This document shows positions 37,444 to 51,000 of a DNA stretch of 64,000 nt, one piece after another. The translations under genes were made by a program, and so were the position numbers. The notes under the pieces are model-generated. The model was not told where the DNA came from. It was given only the letters and a program-made list of their open reading frames with translations, and did not search any database. Source of the stretch: Podarcis filfolensis (taxonomy: Eukaryota); the NCBI GenBank assembly GCA_964270895.1, contig OZ185435.1, one strand, 5' to 3'. Each line of letters starts with the position of its first letter. Position 1 is the first letter of the stretch.

Positions 37444-40400
37444 GGAAGACCTGTTATGCCATTTGGAAGCCACAGACACAGCATACAATGGTGACCAAGC
37501 CTGGTGATCAACCAAAGTAGACACATTCTGCCAAGTCAGATGGTATATAAAGGCCTTAAATAAATACTACTGCTTGTGATCTGACTACACTACACAGGCT
37601 TAAAGTAGAGAAAATAAATTTTAAGGAATCTGAAAGTGGGTGCAGAGGCTTCACTTCCATTGGTCTCCACTGTCACCTCTGGCTGAACAGGTTTTGATAA
37701 TTCTGAAATAAAGAAGAAACCTATTTCCTAGAGGTGAAACTAAGATGAGAATACATAGCACAATTTGATCACATATTCCAAAGCATCTTTAATTCGGGGA
37801 GGGGGGAGCGGTCACCATCTGACTAGCCTTAGCTTTTGTAATCAAAAGTGAGGCCTGATCCTACACATCTCCACTCGAAAGGAAGCTCCCTTGAGTTCAA
37901 TGGAACTTATGTTAAAGTAAGTGTACATAGGGTTTTTGGCATACCATACTAAAATAGCTGTAATAATACAGGCAGGAAGCACACAGTTAGCTCATGGCAG
38001 TGTGTAGAAAGGCACCTGGCTGATTGATTAATAAAGCTGCTGGGCTATACTTTTGCTAATTTTAGCAAGTGCAGTGTTCTTCTATCAAGTGATTTTTTAA
38101 TGGGTTTTTTTCTTTCAAACTTAATTGTGAGCCTCACTTGAGAATCTTTCTGGCTAACTGTGGACTAACACTCAAAAAAACAAAAAACCTCAGAGCAGGA
38201 TCAAAAGCAACTGTGTGTCTCCTGTTGGCATGCTATGGTGGCAGAGTGAAGATTAAACAGTGCTGTTACCAGAGTCTCCTTCAGGGTGCGAATCCCCCCG
38301 GAAATCCAAGTAATTGCTGTTGAGGATCAGCATAGGGTCCTTGTCTTCGTGGAAACTGGTCTGGGGGTCTCCCCTGAGGCCTTGATAGGACACTTTTCGC
38401 GGCAGGGCGAGGCACAGTTCCTTCCAAAAATCAGATGAAGGCGCCTAGAAGCAGCAAAGAGGCAGCATCTTGTCACATGCTCATCAGTTACACACAAACC
38501 CTTGTGCGATATATCTGTAGGCAAGTCCCAGCAGCCCTGCCTTGAGGGCAGCGTTCTCACAGGCGCTCCTCGTCTATGAAGCACAGGCACCCTGTCTGGC
38601 TCCCAAAGGATTGAACAGAGGGAGATAAATGTTCGCTACAACAGAGGGATCTACAGCTCCACCAACAGTTTTCCCATTCAGCTTTGTTTCATCTTCGAGA
38701 TGAAACGCACTGCAAAATCTAAGAGGTATTAAGTGGCATTACTTCTGATGGAAGGCTTTCGTGACCAGATAAAGCAACAGATTTCGCCTTTCCATTAACC
38801 TAGGATTTCAGTGCAATTTTAAATTGAGTGAATTCTTTTTTCCCCTTTTTTTAAAGTAAGGCTTTTGGCTTTGTCCTCATGGATAAAAGGCATAAGAACA
38901 TGTGGCTGGTATCCAGCGAAAACTCAGAAACAGACTGCAATGCTTCAATGCCTTGCACAGATAGTTTTCCCAAGCTTGCTATTTCCTAACTTCATCTCAC
39001 CTTAGTGGCCCAGTCTGTACATCACAGTAAAGCATAGCTGCAAGCTACAGCTGCAAGCTACAGCTGCATGCAGTAAGCCAGGTTTCCTCAAACTCGGCCC
39101 TCCAGGTGTTTTTGAGACTACAATTCCTATCATCCCTGACCACTGGTCCTGCTAGCTAGGGATCATGGGAGTTGTAGGCCAAAAACATCTGGGGGGCTGA
39201 GTTTGAGGAAGCCTGCAGTAGGCCATAGCCCTAGAGGAGGAAGTGACCTATAGAGGTTACGAGAATTTGAGACAGATACTGGGAGCTGCCTGCACCCTTG
39301 AGGTAAAGGGGCATAGCTGACAGGGACCTCCAGCAATGCTTTACAGCCTTTTCAAGCACAAGAAACCACAATATTTCTACGTAATCCATTCTACTTCCTT
39401 GTTGCTACTTCAGCCTAACTGATCTGATAGTGTGCTTCTCTGGGGAACAGCAAGGTGGGTAGATATACAAATTAAACAGAGAATTCTTTTTATTGACCAT
39501 TGGCCACATCAAGTCAAAATGTACAGCTACACAGGACCAACACTGTAAATAAAACAGCAGGAATTCAAAAACGAAAACATCATTAAACAAAAAACATTGG
39601 CAGGAAATTAACAGCCACCTGCAGTCCTATTGCAGAAGCATCCACAAACTTTTAACAGCATTTGGCCACAGCTAAGGAAAAGCTGGCCACTGTGTTGATA
39701 ATACCCTTTTTTGAATTTGCCAGTAAAAAATAAATTATTTGAAAGCCTGATCAATGGCAACATTCCCCCAAAAACTGATGAAAATATTACAAGCTTTCTC
39801 AGAAATTGAGCATCCAGTAAGTAATGGGTTATATCTTTCACAGAACGTTCTCCACATAAGCAGATTTGGGAAGCAAAAGAAATATTTTTGCATCTCCCAT
39901 GACATGAAGTTGCATACACTGCATTGTGAGCGCAGGGAAAGTCTTATGCTGGTGAAATTTGATAGATCCATCAGATACAATTCAGTATGTTTATATTTAA
40001 ACTTAACTGCCATGGTGTGATTTTAGAGTTGGAAACAAAATGGAGGTATTTCTGAATAAAGAGGTCACAAACACTATTCTTTAAATCAAGTTTTGCAACC
40101 GTACAATTCCTGCTGGAAAACTATTCAACGAAAAAAAATTTTTTGTTACAAAGTACAGTATCAGAGTTGAATAAACTATCCCCTGACTATTAATTACAAC
40201 AACCTATTGGTTATATTGATTCAAAAGAATTGCAGGAGTTAATTCCAATAGTTAAAGCAGGCTAGCATTCACTTTTATTTTTAGAGCTAAAATGGCCCAT
40301 TTTTTATTGGAGAAATGCTGTTAGCATATTTGATGGTGTTCTGAACCCAATCAAGTTGGATGAGAAGCAGACACACACACCCTGAACCCCAAGATCTCAA

Positions 40401-43400
40401 ATGCAAAGAGCAACTGCATAGTTAATTTGAACCCATTTTAGAATCGGCAATAGGCATGCCAATATTTCGAGGTACTATTCAGCTGTCATTCAGCTTTTAG
40501 TTTTATGGAATTTCAGGGGAACTGTGAACCACCAGAGATGGACTATACAGAGCTCTTTCGCCATGTGTGCCTGTTTCCAGCAGGGCAGCAGGTATGTACA
40601 GCCAAACAGAGCACTATCAAACCCCCTGCTCATCAGCTGGTGAGTGGAGAGCAGAGTATAATCTTCCTGGCTGAAGGGGTTTGCTTTGCCAGAATGAAGA
40701 CTGGCTTGTGGGCCAGAGGTTGCCCACTCCTGCTGTATAACCTCCTTGCAAACCAATCAGGATGAACAATCTGGAATCCACCCTAAATACAGGAATATAG
40801 TTGGACACAGTCCACTTATGAGATAATTTAGCTTAGTTTTTAAGGATAATGCTCCTACCAAATTAACACATGGCAAGCAATGCTGGTGTTCAAGGTTCTC
40901 CAAGAATGTATTTCTACTGATGTAATCAAAGGCAGTTTTAAAATCAACAAAAACTGCAAAGAGCTTATTTTTTCTGTTAACACAGGAATTAAATGAGCAA
41001 GCACAGAATGGTTGTCCAGCATTAACCAGCCAGCTTTAAAGTCAGCTTGTTATTCTGCAATTACATTGTGCAACATCGGCCATTCTTCATTTTCAAAACA
41101 GGAGGTATTTTACATGTAATTTTTAATGCTATCTATAAGACTGATTGGTATATAATTTGTGTGTCGCCTTTCTTGAAAACTGGGATCACTGTGCTCAGAT
41201 TCCACCCTGATGGAATACAGCCAATTGGGGTTTTTTGAACCAAATGATTTAGCAATGACAGGACCACTCCACTGGATGTTACTTTAAAACCTCTCTTGAT
41301 ATTAATTCCTCTCCTAATGCCTTATTTTGGAGTCAGATTTTTAATCTGACTAAGAAACAAGAAGCCAAAGATGGCACCTCAAGACTGGCAGCCTGTTGCT
41401 CATGTACAGCAACAGTCTTATTAAAAATGTTAATGTGCTGTTCCCATTTTGTCTTAGAGATAGGAGTAAACAAAAAAATAGCGGACATATGGTGGCTTTG
41501 ATCCACTCACTGCCAGAAGGAAGCAGTATCCTTACACCTAATGGCATTTTCCAGGCACTGTTAAAGCTGCTTTGAAATATTTTGGCTGTCGTAACCTCTT
41601 ATTAGCTGGGGAGGGGAGTAGGTAGTTCCTTGAAAGCTGTGTCTAAAAGGCCTGTTTAACAAAGCTGCTTAGGATTCTTTACATTGTAAGTAAAATCAAA
41701 AAGCCCCTTTCTTATGTCTTGAGGCATAGGTTGTGTGCACAGCAGAGTGTTAATTGCACAAGTGAGTTGCACAGCTCTGATTTTTCCATGTGGATTTTTG
41801 TGCACATCTGTCCACAGAACCACCTTCAAATGAACTCTATTGCAGTGCTTCCTGTCCCCCAAGAGTGGGAGGTGCTTGATGGGATGATGTCTTTGCACTG
41901 TGTGCTGTTGTCCCCTCCCCTCCATTCCTCGCACTCCCTAAGTTCTGGAAACCTAAGGTCTATTGCAAGCATGCTTGCAGTTATTTGTTTACCTTTGTGT
42001 GCATCCTATTTATGTATTTAAATATTTATATGAGGTACAAGTTTTGCATTATACCAGACTTACAAAAAACAATGGGTCCAGTTCTTTAAAAATACACACA
42101 CATGTGTCATGTCACTAGTTTTTCTAATTGTTGTAACCTGCCCTGGGACCGTGAGGTGAAGGGTGGGTGAAAAACCTAATAAAATAACTAAATATCCTGA
42201 TGTGCAACTGCAAGGAGTATTGTGAGTCACAAGCATGCTATTGTTCATTTAGCACAGATAAAGAAACAGCAATAACTGTAAACCAGAAGTCTCTATCCTG
42301 CTAGAATGCTCCCCTGCAAATGCTCATTTTAGGGAAGGGTTTGTGCTTTTTTCCTTCTCCAGTCTCTAACTTCCCCCTCTTTTTTCATTTCTCTTTGCAC
42401 TGAGAGTACTCTGGGTGAAGCAAGTAATTGTTTCCAATTCTTATTTCTCAGGTTCTGGTGCCTCCCTGTGGCTCTGTTTGCTTCTTCAAAGTGGGAGTTA
42501 AAATATAACTTATCTATATTTTCTGCAATGCTTACAACACTGCTCATGGCCTCCACGCATGAGCCATGGAGCAGTCAAGCCATGTTCATCTAAAAAGGTA
42601 TCATTTGGCAAATATCTGGAGCCGATGATTTCCTAGTCAACAGGTAAATAGCTAAAATAAAAAGTAAATAACAGGAGATATCAAAATAATGGACAAACAA
42701 AAATATATTCAGCCTACTTTCATGAAGGTGCTACTCTTTAGTGCCAAGAAAAGCAAGTAACAGTTATTACTCTGGTATACATCACAGCAAGGTCAAGTAA
42801 TGGAGGACTGGATCTCAACCCTTCGTGGAAGAGAAGCTACTCTACACTTCTATGCTTCTTGAATAGCTTCAAGTACTGCCTTGCCACTGAGAAACATAAC
42901 CACAGTGATGAAGTTATGGCCTTGCAGCCCACAACTTACCATGGACCCAGCGCGCCACATCAGAAGGGTCACTGTACTCTTCTGCTGCTTCAGCAAGTTT
43001 ATGGCTGGATGTGCTATTTCTCGGTACTGGCTCTCAAAGACAATGAAGATTGGCCTCCGGGAGAGTTCCAGCAGCCTCCAAAGACCTTCCCTGCAAAACG
43101 AGACAATTGGTTAGAGTCCTAAGCAAATCCACAACCAAACTATTGAAAAAGCTTTGAACCCAATCTAGTCACCCAAAATTTTAATTCTAAGCACGACTAG
43201 TTTCAGTTCAATGAAAACTTCAGGAACTGGTTTCAGAGGCATTAACACTAAACTGCCGTGCTTCATATCCAGATATATGAGAGAGATTCTGGGTGTTGTG
43301 ATTGGAGGAGTTTACAGAAATTGGATAAATTCAGAGGCCCTTCTAACCATAGATAGGAGAGCCAGGAACATACTCCCTCCTGCCTTCCTACTCCCTTCTA

Positions 43401-46400
43401 CCTTCCCTCCTACTCTTATAAGTACAACTTATTGGAACACTTGACTGGTTTGACAAGCCATAGTTTACCAGGACAACCAAATAAGCAAACTGTGATTTTA
43501 GTGATCCCTCCAAATCAGAATTGCACATACTATTTGCCTGTTTGGTCAACTTGGTAAACTTTCTATTAAACAAGGTGGGCAATAGGAGGGAGTACACACT
43601 TGAGTCATTCCTGATCCTCCAAAAATGAAAGGAGGATCAGAGAACTTGTCTCTATTGCTGACTCTCTAATTACCTGAAATTATTGTTGCACCATTCCTGT
43701 TCCAGATATGCATTAGAGAGAACCACAATGAGGCGGCGGCACCGGCTGACATTCATAATCAGATCTGCAGAAGGTTCTGAAAGAGAGGAGAAAAACTAAA
43801 TCTCTTCTGAGAAGGGCCAGAACCAATCCATTGTTGTTTCAGCATTCATCCTTCACCTGTACAAGAAAGAAATACCCTAGCATCCAAATGCATATCCGCT
43901 CTGCTCTGCAGAAAGGAGAACCCCTGGGCAATGGAATAAAAACTAACCAGCCTGTTTAGAACTTCCCTGTCCTTCAGACAGCACCATTGGTTTTGGATAT
44001 GAGTGCCTCTGGTGGAACACTCAGGACATTAAAAAAAATAAATGAAGAGTATACACACCACAAAGAGCACAATACAGATGCTGTTTCCATAGTACTATAC
44101 AATCAAAAAGGTAATACAACTGCTGAGAAATGCTGTTTTGTGGTGTATTCTTGTTTAACCAGCACTGTCCACTGTGGGCAGCATTATAGAATATGGAGGA
44201 GCTGCATTTTGTACACAGCTTGTTAGCATCCCCATGCAAATGAATGCTGCACACTTTTTATAGAAGTTTTATTAAACAAAACAGTTGAAGATAAGAACAA
44301 ATGGTCTGAAGGCACATGATTACAGTGATATTGCTGAAGCCAGAACAGTGGTGGCCCTGTAAACTGCCTGGATAGGAACTACACTTCATGCTCTTTGGAG
44401 GAAGATTAAACAAGCTGTACCCAAAATAAAGAAACAACACATTGGCAAACATATGCAATAACAGCCTGGAAACGTGGAGGCACAGGGAGATGCAGCGGGC
44501 CAGCACAAAACAACCACCCATCTCTTTGAAATGCATATCTGCAAGGTCATGCAAGTTAAGCAATGCATCATGCCACAGACTTTGAACAGGTGTAGAAAGC
44601 CCACCAGTTGTGCTGAGCATATACTGGGCAAACTGTGAATACATCCTACTTAATATGCAAATGGAACCTAACTGTGGACAACTGGGTGGTTAAGGAGAAT
44701 ACATTTTTCTTCGTACAACAGAGAGCCTGTCTATAAAATATTCAGTTCCTACTTTGCACAGCTTTGCCATTATTGGTGTTTAGAATTAAAGGTATTTTAG
44801 GTTGCTTCAGATGCACAAAATAGTGTGCCAAAGGACAAAGTAATTTTTCAGAGCCATACTTTTAAGTAGCAAAGTGCAGCGTTCAACAGGCTTCATTTCA
44901 GATACAGTGGTACCTCGGGTTAAGCACTTAATTCGTTCTGGAGGTCCATTCTTAACCTGAAACTGTTCTTAACCTGAATCACCACTTTAGCTAATGGGGC
45001 CTCCTGCTGCTGCTGTGCGATTTCTGTTCTCATCCTGAAGCAAAGTTCTTAACCCAAGGTACTATTTCTGGGTTAGCGGAGTCTGTAACCTGAAGCATAT
45101 GTAACCTGAAGCGTATGTAACCCGAGGTACCACTGTACTGCATTGCAATGTTTGTGGCCCTTTCCTTCACTCTGAAAAAGGATACAGATGTCAAGCTGGG
45201 ATCATATATGAAATGCACAATGCTGTCCTGAATGTACACACCAGCCTGTATTCTAATATCTCAGTCAGATATAGCACTGCACTATGTTTTACATCTTTCC
45301 AATCTACCTTGGAAACAGGGATATGGATTAAGCTGTACTTGAAATGCAGAATGTTCAGGGCAACTTTCAGGGAAAGTTGCATACCAACTTTCATCCTGCT
45401 GTCTCAGTGTCTAATAGAAATAGTGTTTCTTGCATTCTCCTCTTGTTTGAAAATGGTTGCAAGAGTTAACCTGATATTCAGCCTTAGTGTGTGTACCAAT
45501 TTCAATTGGATATTTTAACACTTAATAAAGCTACCATATTAAACATAGGATGCCAAATGGGCAAATTAAACTGAAGGTTTCTCTTCATTTAGCCAACTAA
45601 TCCATTTCAGGTAAGTTATTTGCAGCCTGAACTCAACAGCAAGTCTGAGTGCCCAGGTACATATTAAATGAGGTGTTGGACAAGGTTCTATACCTGAATT
45701 GGGCAGGATGTCTTTATCATCCAGGAAAATCTTGTAGCCATGACGATTCTCCAGCTGTGGCTTCACTATGAAGTTGACAAACTTTCTATCATCCGTTGAG
45801 TTAGAATAAGACACATAGGCATCATACAGCTTTCCATCTGTGAAAAAGTACCAAGAGGAGAAATTTATTATAATTTTTTAAAAACAACAACAACAAAACC
45901 TGTGCTGACTAGCTATAACACTGAGAGGATAATTCTTGTAGAAGTTCACACTTTGGGTTGAACTGTTATTGAAACTCGAATCTCACAAGGGGAAAGGTGA
46001 CAGCCAACTCTCCAGCCCAATATTTACCATTGATCTCCACCTCTCCATGACGGTTTCTGTACCAGAGGAGCACATTCAGACGACACTTCACATACATCAC
46101 AGCCATTAGTAACAGCAGTGCCACAGTGACAAGTGCAGCTAGCACTGCGCCCAAGTGCCCAGCAGTCTCTGCTGTAATAGAAAGACATATTTTAAATAGC
46201 ATTAAATGAGAAAACAGCCTTACAATTGATAGCATGGTAGAGAAAAGAGGAAGAGAAGAGTTGGGGTCTATGGTTTCAGAATATACCAAATTATAAAGAA
46301 AATGAGGGGTTACGTCATTCTTGAACAATTTTTAGTATCTTGATGACTGTTCTGACTATCAGAACGTGCAACCATGATGAGGAAGAGATGAGCAGAAGCT

Positions 46401-48038
46401 AAAAGACAGATTTATTCTAGCACCACATTGTTAGATCATCCTCCAAATTTTGCAAGTATCTCCATTCACAAGATGCACATGCAGAAGTAAATCAAAGGTT
46501 TTCAGAGTAAAGATGTGCATGAACTAAATTATTCACATTCTCCAGTGCCAATTCAATTTCTTCCTGCAAGCGCGCGGGCATGTTCATTTAGACTTTTTGT
46601 AAAACACTCTGGAATATACTGTTAACTGAGTCATTTGCTGAATGTTGCTTTAAAATACACTGAGGCTCTAATCTCAGAATTGCTCCATCAGCCTATGGAA
46701 ACTTCCAGATGGAGGAATTTTAAAGTGTTCAAGCATGCCAAAACAGCTGAGTTGCTTGGGGGCAGCCTAACAGTACGTTTGTTTTGGTGTGCAGAACCAT
46801 TTGAGGCTGTGACTGATTGAAAACCTCAGAAAAGTTTCTATTGTCTGCTGGTGCCATCATGTGGCAATTTTCTGCCATCAGATTCACTGATGACGCCATC
46901 ATAAAATTGCTCTTGTAAACTGAGCCCCTAAAGCCAGCATGGAGCAATACTGAGGGCACTAAAGGCTGTCTTTATATTAAACTCCTCTAGAGACATGGTA
47001 AGTCTGGTTCAAAGCCCTTTTTAGCAACCCTACTACCAGTTAGAGCAAAAACATCTTCTAAAGTCTAAGAAGAGGATCAGGCAGGCTCAGCCGAGATTCT
47101 TGAATTCCAAGTTAAACAGGAGAAACTTATTCAAAAGAAAAGGAAGGCATCTAGATACAGCATAAAAGCAAATACTCTTATCATCCCAGCTAGACTTCAG
47201 TCTATCAGATGGCCATGCATGGGCTAAAGTAAATTACTCTATTTTTTAAATGAGAACAGTTAGTTTCTATATAGAAAATTAAGTCTTGCTTCTTCCTTAA
47301 AGAAGGAAAGCCAAGCTGAGATACCCAGTTCATAAATTCTCAGAGGGTCATACAATACTTCAGAATTTTGAAGCCATCTTAGTTCAAAACTATGTTTCTT
47401 CCCCCCCATAACACATTTGCCTTTGCACACATGCCAAGAGTGATCTGAACAGTGGCACTACAAAGTGAAAAATGTGGACTGAATTATAAACTGAATGTAT
47501 AGTGAAGCTGTCACACCTCTATAAACTCACTGTGGGTCAAACTCTGACCAGATTCCATGCTACCCACATCCTCAATAGACCATACTGAATCCTGTACATT
47601 GGACCTAAGGATGTAGTTTCTTACACACACACACACTGTTCCATTCCAAGACACACACATAATGTGTGAAATGGCCCTTAGCATCTTACATACAACAATG
47701 GAGAAATGAAATGATGATGCTGAGCCATGGATCATTTCCAGACTGTAATTAGAAAATGTAATCCAAAACACTTAGGCTACTTGAGTCTCAAGAGGAGGCA
47801 GACAGAATATAAATCACATTCAATTCCTCAGCTGCTGCACAATCTCAGATTTATCTAGTTCTGCCATTTTAATGACAAATGTACAAAGCAAATGCAAGCT
47901 CAGTTATCACACTTGCCCCTTCAGATAAGAAGCCCTTCTAAAGATAATTAAATTAAAAAGAGTTTAAAGTATTGCATTCATGTTTATTTGTCATCTTGTT
48001 AACCAAAGTGCAGAACTGCTCTGGGGTGGGGTCAAAGA

Positions 48039-48079
<41 letters not shown>

Positions 48080-51000
48080 CACTTCAAAGGCATCAGCCAA
48101 TCAATGCTGTACACAGCCATATTCTTATCTGTTGGTTTTCAGAGGTCACTTCTGAAAGGGAAATTTACATTTGGATTGAATGCCATAAGTGTGTTTTCAG
48201 AGTAGTCTGTCAACTCTTAAAAAAAAAAGTATCTCCAACTCTCATTTCAGAAATACTCATGGGAATTCTACTATGGAATACAGTTAGTGAGTAGCAGAAT
48301 TTTTTTGAACTTAATAAAGATAACAACCTTCAAATAGAGTACCGGCCCACACCCAAATGCACATGGTATGAAGTACAAAGAAATGCTACCTGATTTTTGC
48401 AGTGTGAAAACTGCTGTACTGTTTCTAACCCAGCAGGCAAATGCTCCATAATTTTCATCTGTTGTTACATTCATATCCAAAGTGCTGGAGATGAATATCT
48501 CTGATTTATTGTCATTGAACCTGGGGTGCAAATAGAAGATGATTTACGTTAGCACTGATTGAAAACAAACACTAGGAAATTTCAGTCAGAACCGGACAGG
48601 AAGGAAACTCAGAGGGCTCCACCCTATCAATCTCGGATTATACCAAACATTAAATTTGGACAAGGAATGAACTGTGAGTTGGTAACAAGAGTGTCCATTT
48701 GAGTATCTATGATCTGGAAATACTGTCACTATTTTATCACGTTGGCCTTTGAAAACCTTTTCTTCCACAAAAACTAGTAGACATTTGGGGGGGGGCGCTA
48801 GGGGCGCATTGGAAGATGGCCGACAATAACATCTCTCCGTCTCACACGAGGTAATTAAGAGGCTGATATGGGAGTATGCAGCCTCCCTTGTTACCCCAAG
48901 GGAACGGGGAACACTGCCTCGCCTGCGGTTGCCATAAATCACCCCCGGATTCAAAAGAAGGGGGTGAGGGCACTAGGCGCACAGCCCTCGTGTGGGACGG
49001 CTCTCCCGGACGCTGTCTCTGATTGCGCGGCCTGGTTGCAGGAGCTCATAATAAACAATTAGAGAGAAGCAAATGCACATATTTTGAGTGAAGATCGGGA
49101 GTAAAAACTGCTAACTGAAGTTACCTCTGTGAAGTGGAGCAACGGGCTGGATTTAACAATATATCAAGAAGAAGATACATCAAAGGGTCGGTATGTCGGA
49201 ACGGGACTGAAAGGGGGGGGACTTTTCTTTTTTTATCTTATGTGAGTACCTAATAACCCCCCCCCAAGAAGAATCGTTGCAATTACTGATTACAAGCAGG
49301 ATGATTAAGAACTGTGTGGAAATAAATTACTAATCAAAGGCATGGTTTGTGGAATGTCTGGAAAGGAATGAAAGGTCTTTGTGACACAGTTATAAAAAGA
49401 GACTTGTTAGGGCAGGCCTGGCTACAGGATTTATGATCGAGGGGGAGGAGACCATGGCTTGTTATTATATCGGACTGTGAGTTTGACCTGGCAGAACCCC
49501 CTAAGAGACTGACAGGCATGTGAGGATTAATGGACAGACTTTAAGAATGTTTTGTACGGAAGTGCGGAAATAGTGTCTGTCTGTTTGAATATGGCTCTTG
49601 GAGGAATGAAAATCCACACAGGATATAACAACGTTTGTTTTCAACCCGCTTGTGGAGACTATCAGAGGTCACAAAGAAAGGAATATATGACAACAACAAG
49701 AAGATGAGGAAAATAATAAAGAGAAGATTGAACAGAACTGTGAATACTGTTTGGACAGAACTGTGAACATTAAAGCAGCAGCAAGAGAGATGTTTGGATC
49801 CCTTTCAGAGCTCAAAGCATGGGTACCCCCAACAAAAATTTAAAAATTTGGCTGTGTAATTTGGAATTAATGTGATTTGATTGGTTTGTTAATAAAAATT
49901 ATATTTAAAAAAAAACTAGTAGAAATTTGGGGACTTTCAAAATCATCTTTTTCCTTGTTCTTTTAAAGCAATGGATTAATTGTGGTTGCTTAGTTGTTGT
50001 ATGGGATCCCATTGTCTTACATAAAAGTACTTATTTTGTGGAACTATAGTAGCAATGTCCTACTGCTTAAAGTGCATTTTTTTCTTACTAGTGAAATGTC
50101 AATTTTTCTTCTCCCAGCTACAGCCTCCATGCCATTATTGAGTGATGCACAAAATATTACATGAGTTCACAGTAACCTAGTAGAACATATCTATGACCCC
50201 ACTGATAACGTACAACACAACACAAGTCCCCTGCAGTGGGAACACTAAAATAAAGGGGGTGTTCATGAAACCAGATTTGGTCTGAAGCCACAAACATCTG
50301 AAAGGGTCTTCTTCCTCTCCCTCTCCCTCTGCCTCCCCATTGAAGACTGATACATAGAGCATTCTCTTAAACTCTTCTCCAGGGCTTAAGTGTACAATTT
50401 TCTTTTAAACAGAAACACAATCTCCCACTCTCACTCAATCTCACCCTACTACAGCAAAGATATTTCCTCCCATTGAAGTATATATATTACACTACTGCCC
50501 CTATTCCACAAACCTATAAGGCTAATAGTATACATAAGCCCTTAAAGATCCACCATTATCTTCAGAGTCTGGGAGACACTATTTTAATTTGTTTCTAGTT
50601 TATACAGCCAATTTAGCTTTATTTTCCATTATACATAAAAGCCTTCTTACCAATGAGTAGAAGCAGCATAGGTCTCGTTGTCTAGCAACTGGTCATCTTT
50701 CATCCAGTGGAGGCCAAAATCACAGCTTTTCGTGTAGGGCAGCTGCACAGTGCAGTTCAGTGTAAACTGGCTTCCCAAATCACGTTGCAAAGTCAGATTG
50801 CTGGAGGGGTAAAGGAAACGAGGAAGGACACTGCAAATATCTGTTGGGGAAACAAAAACAGTACACCGTAAGAGAGCTTTTCAATGAGAGCACTGAACTT
50901 CCAGACTGCATACTGCAAATCTTATACTGGCTATTTAGGTCTGGCTAACATAACAAAGAAAGTCAAGCTACTCTTGTCCCTGTGACCCTGCACCTAAGCA

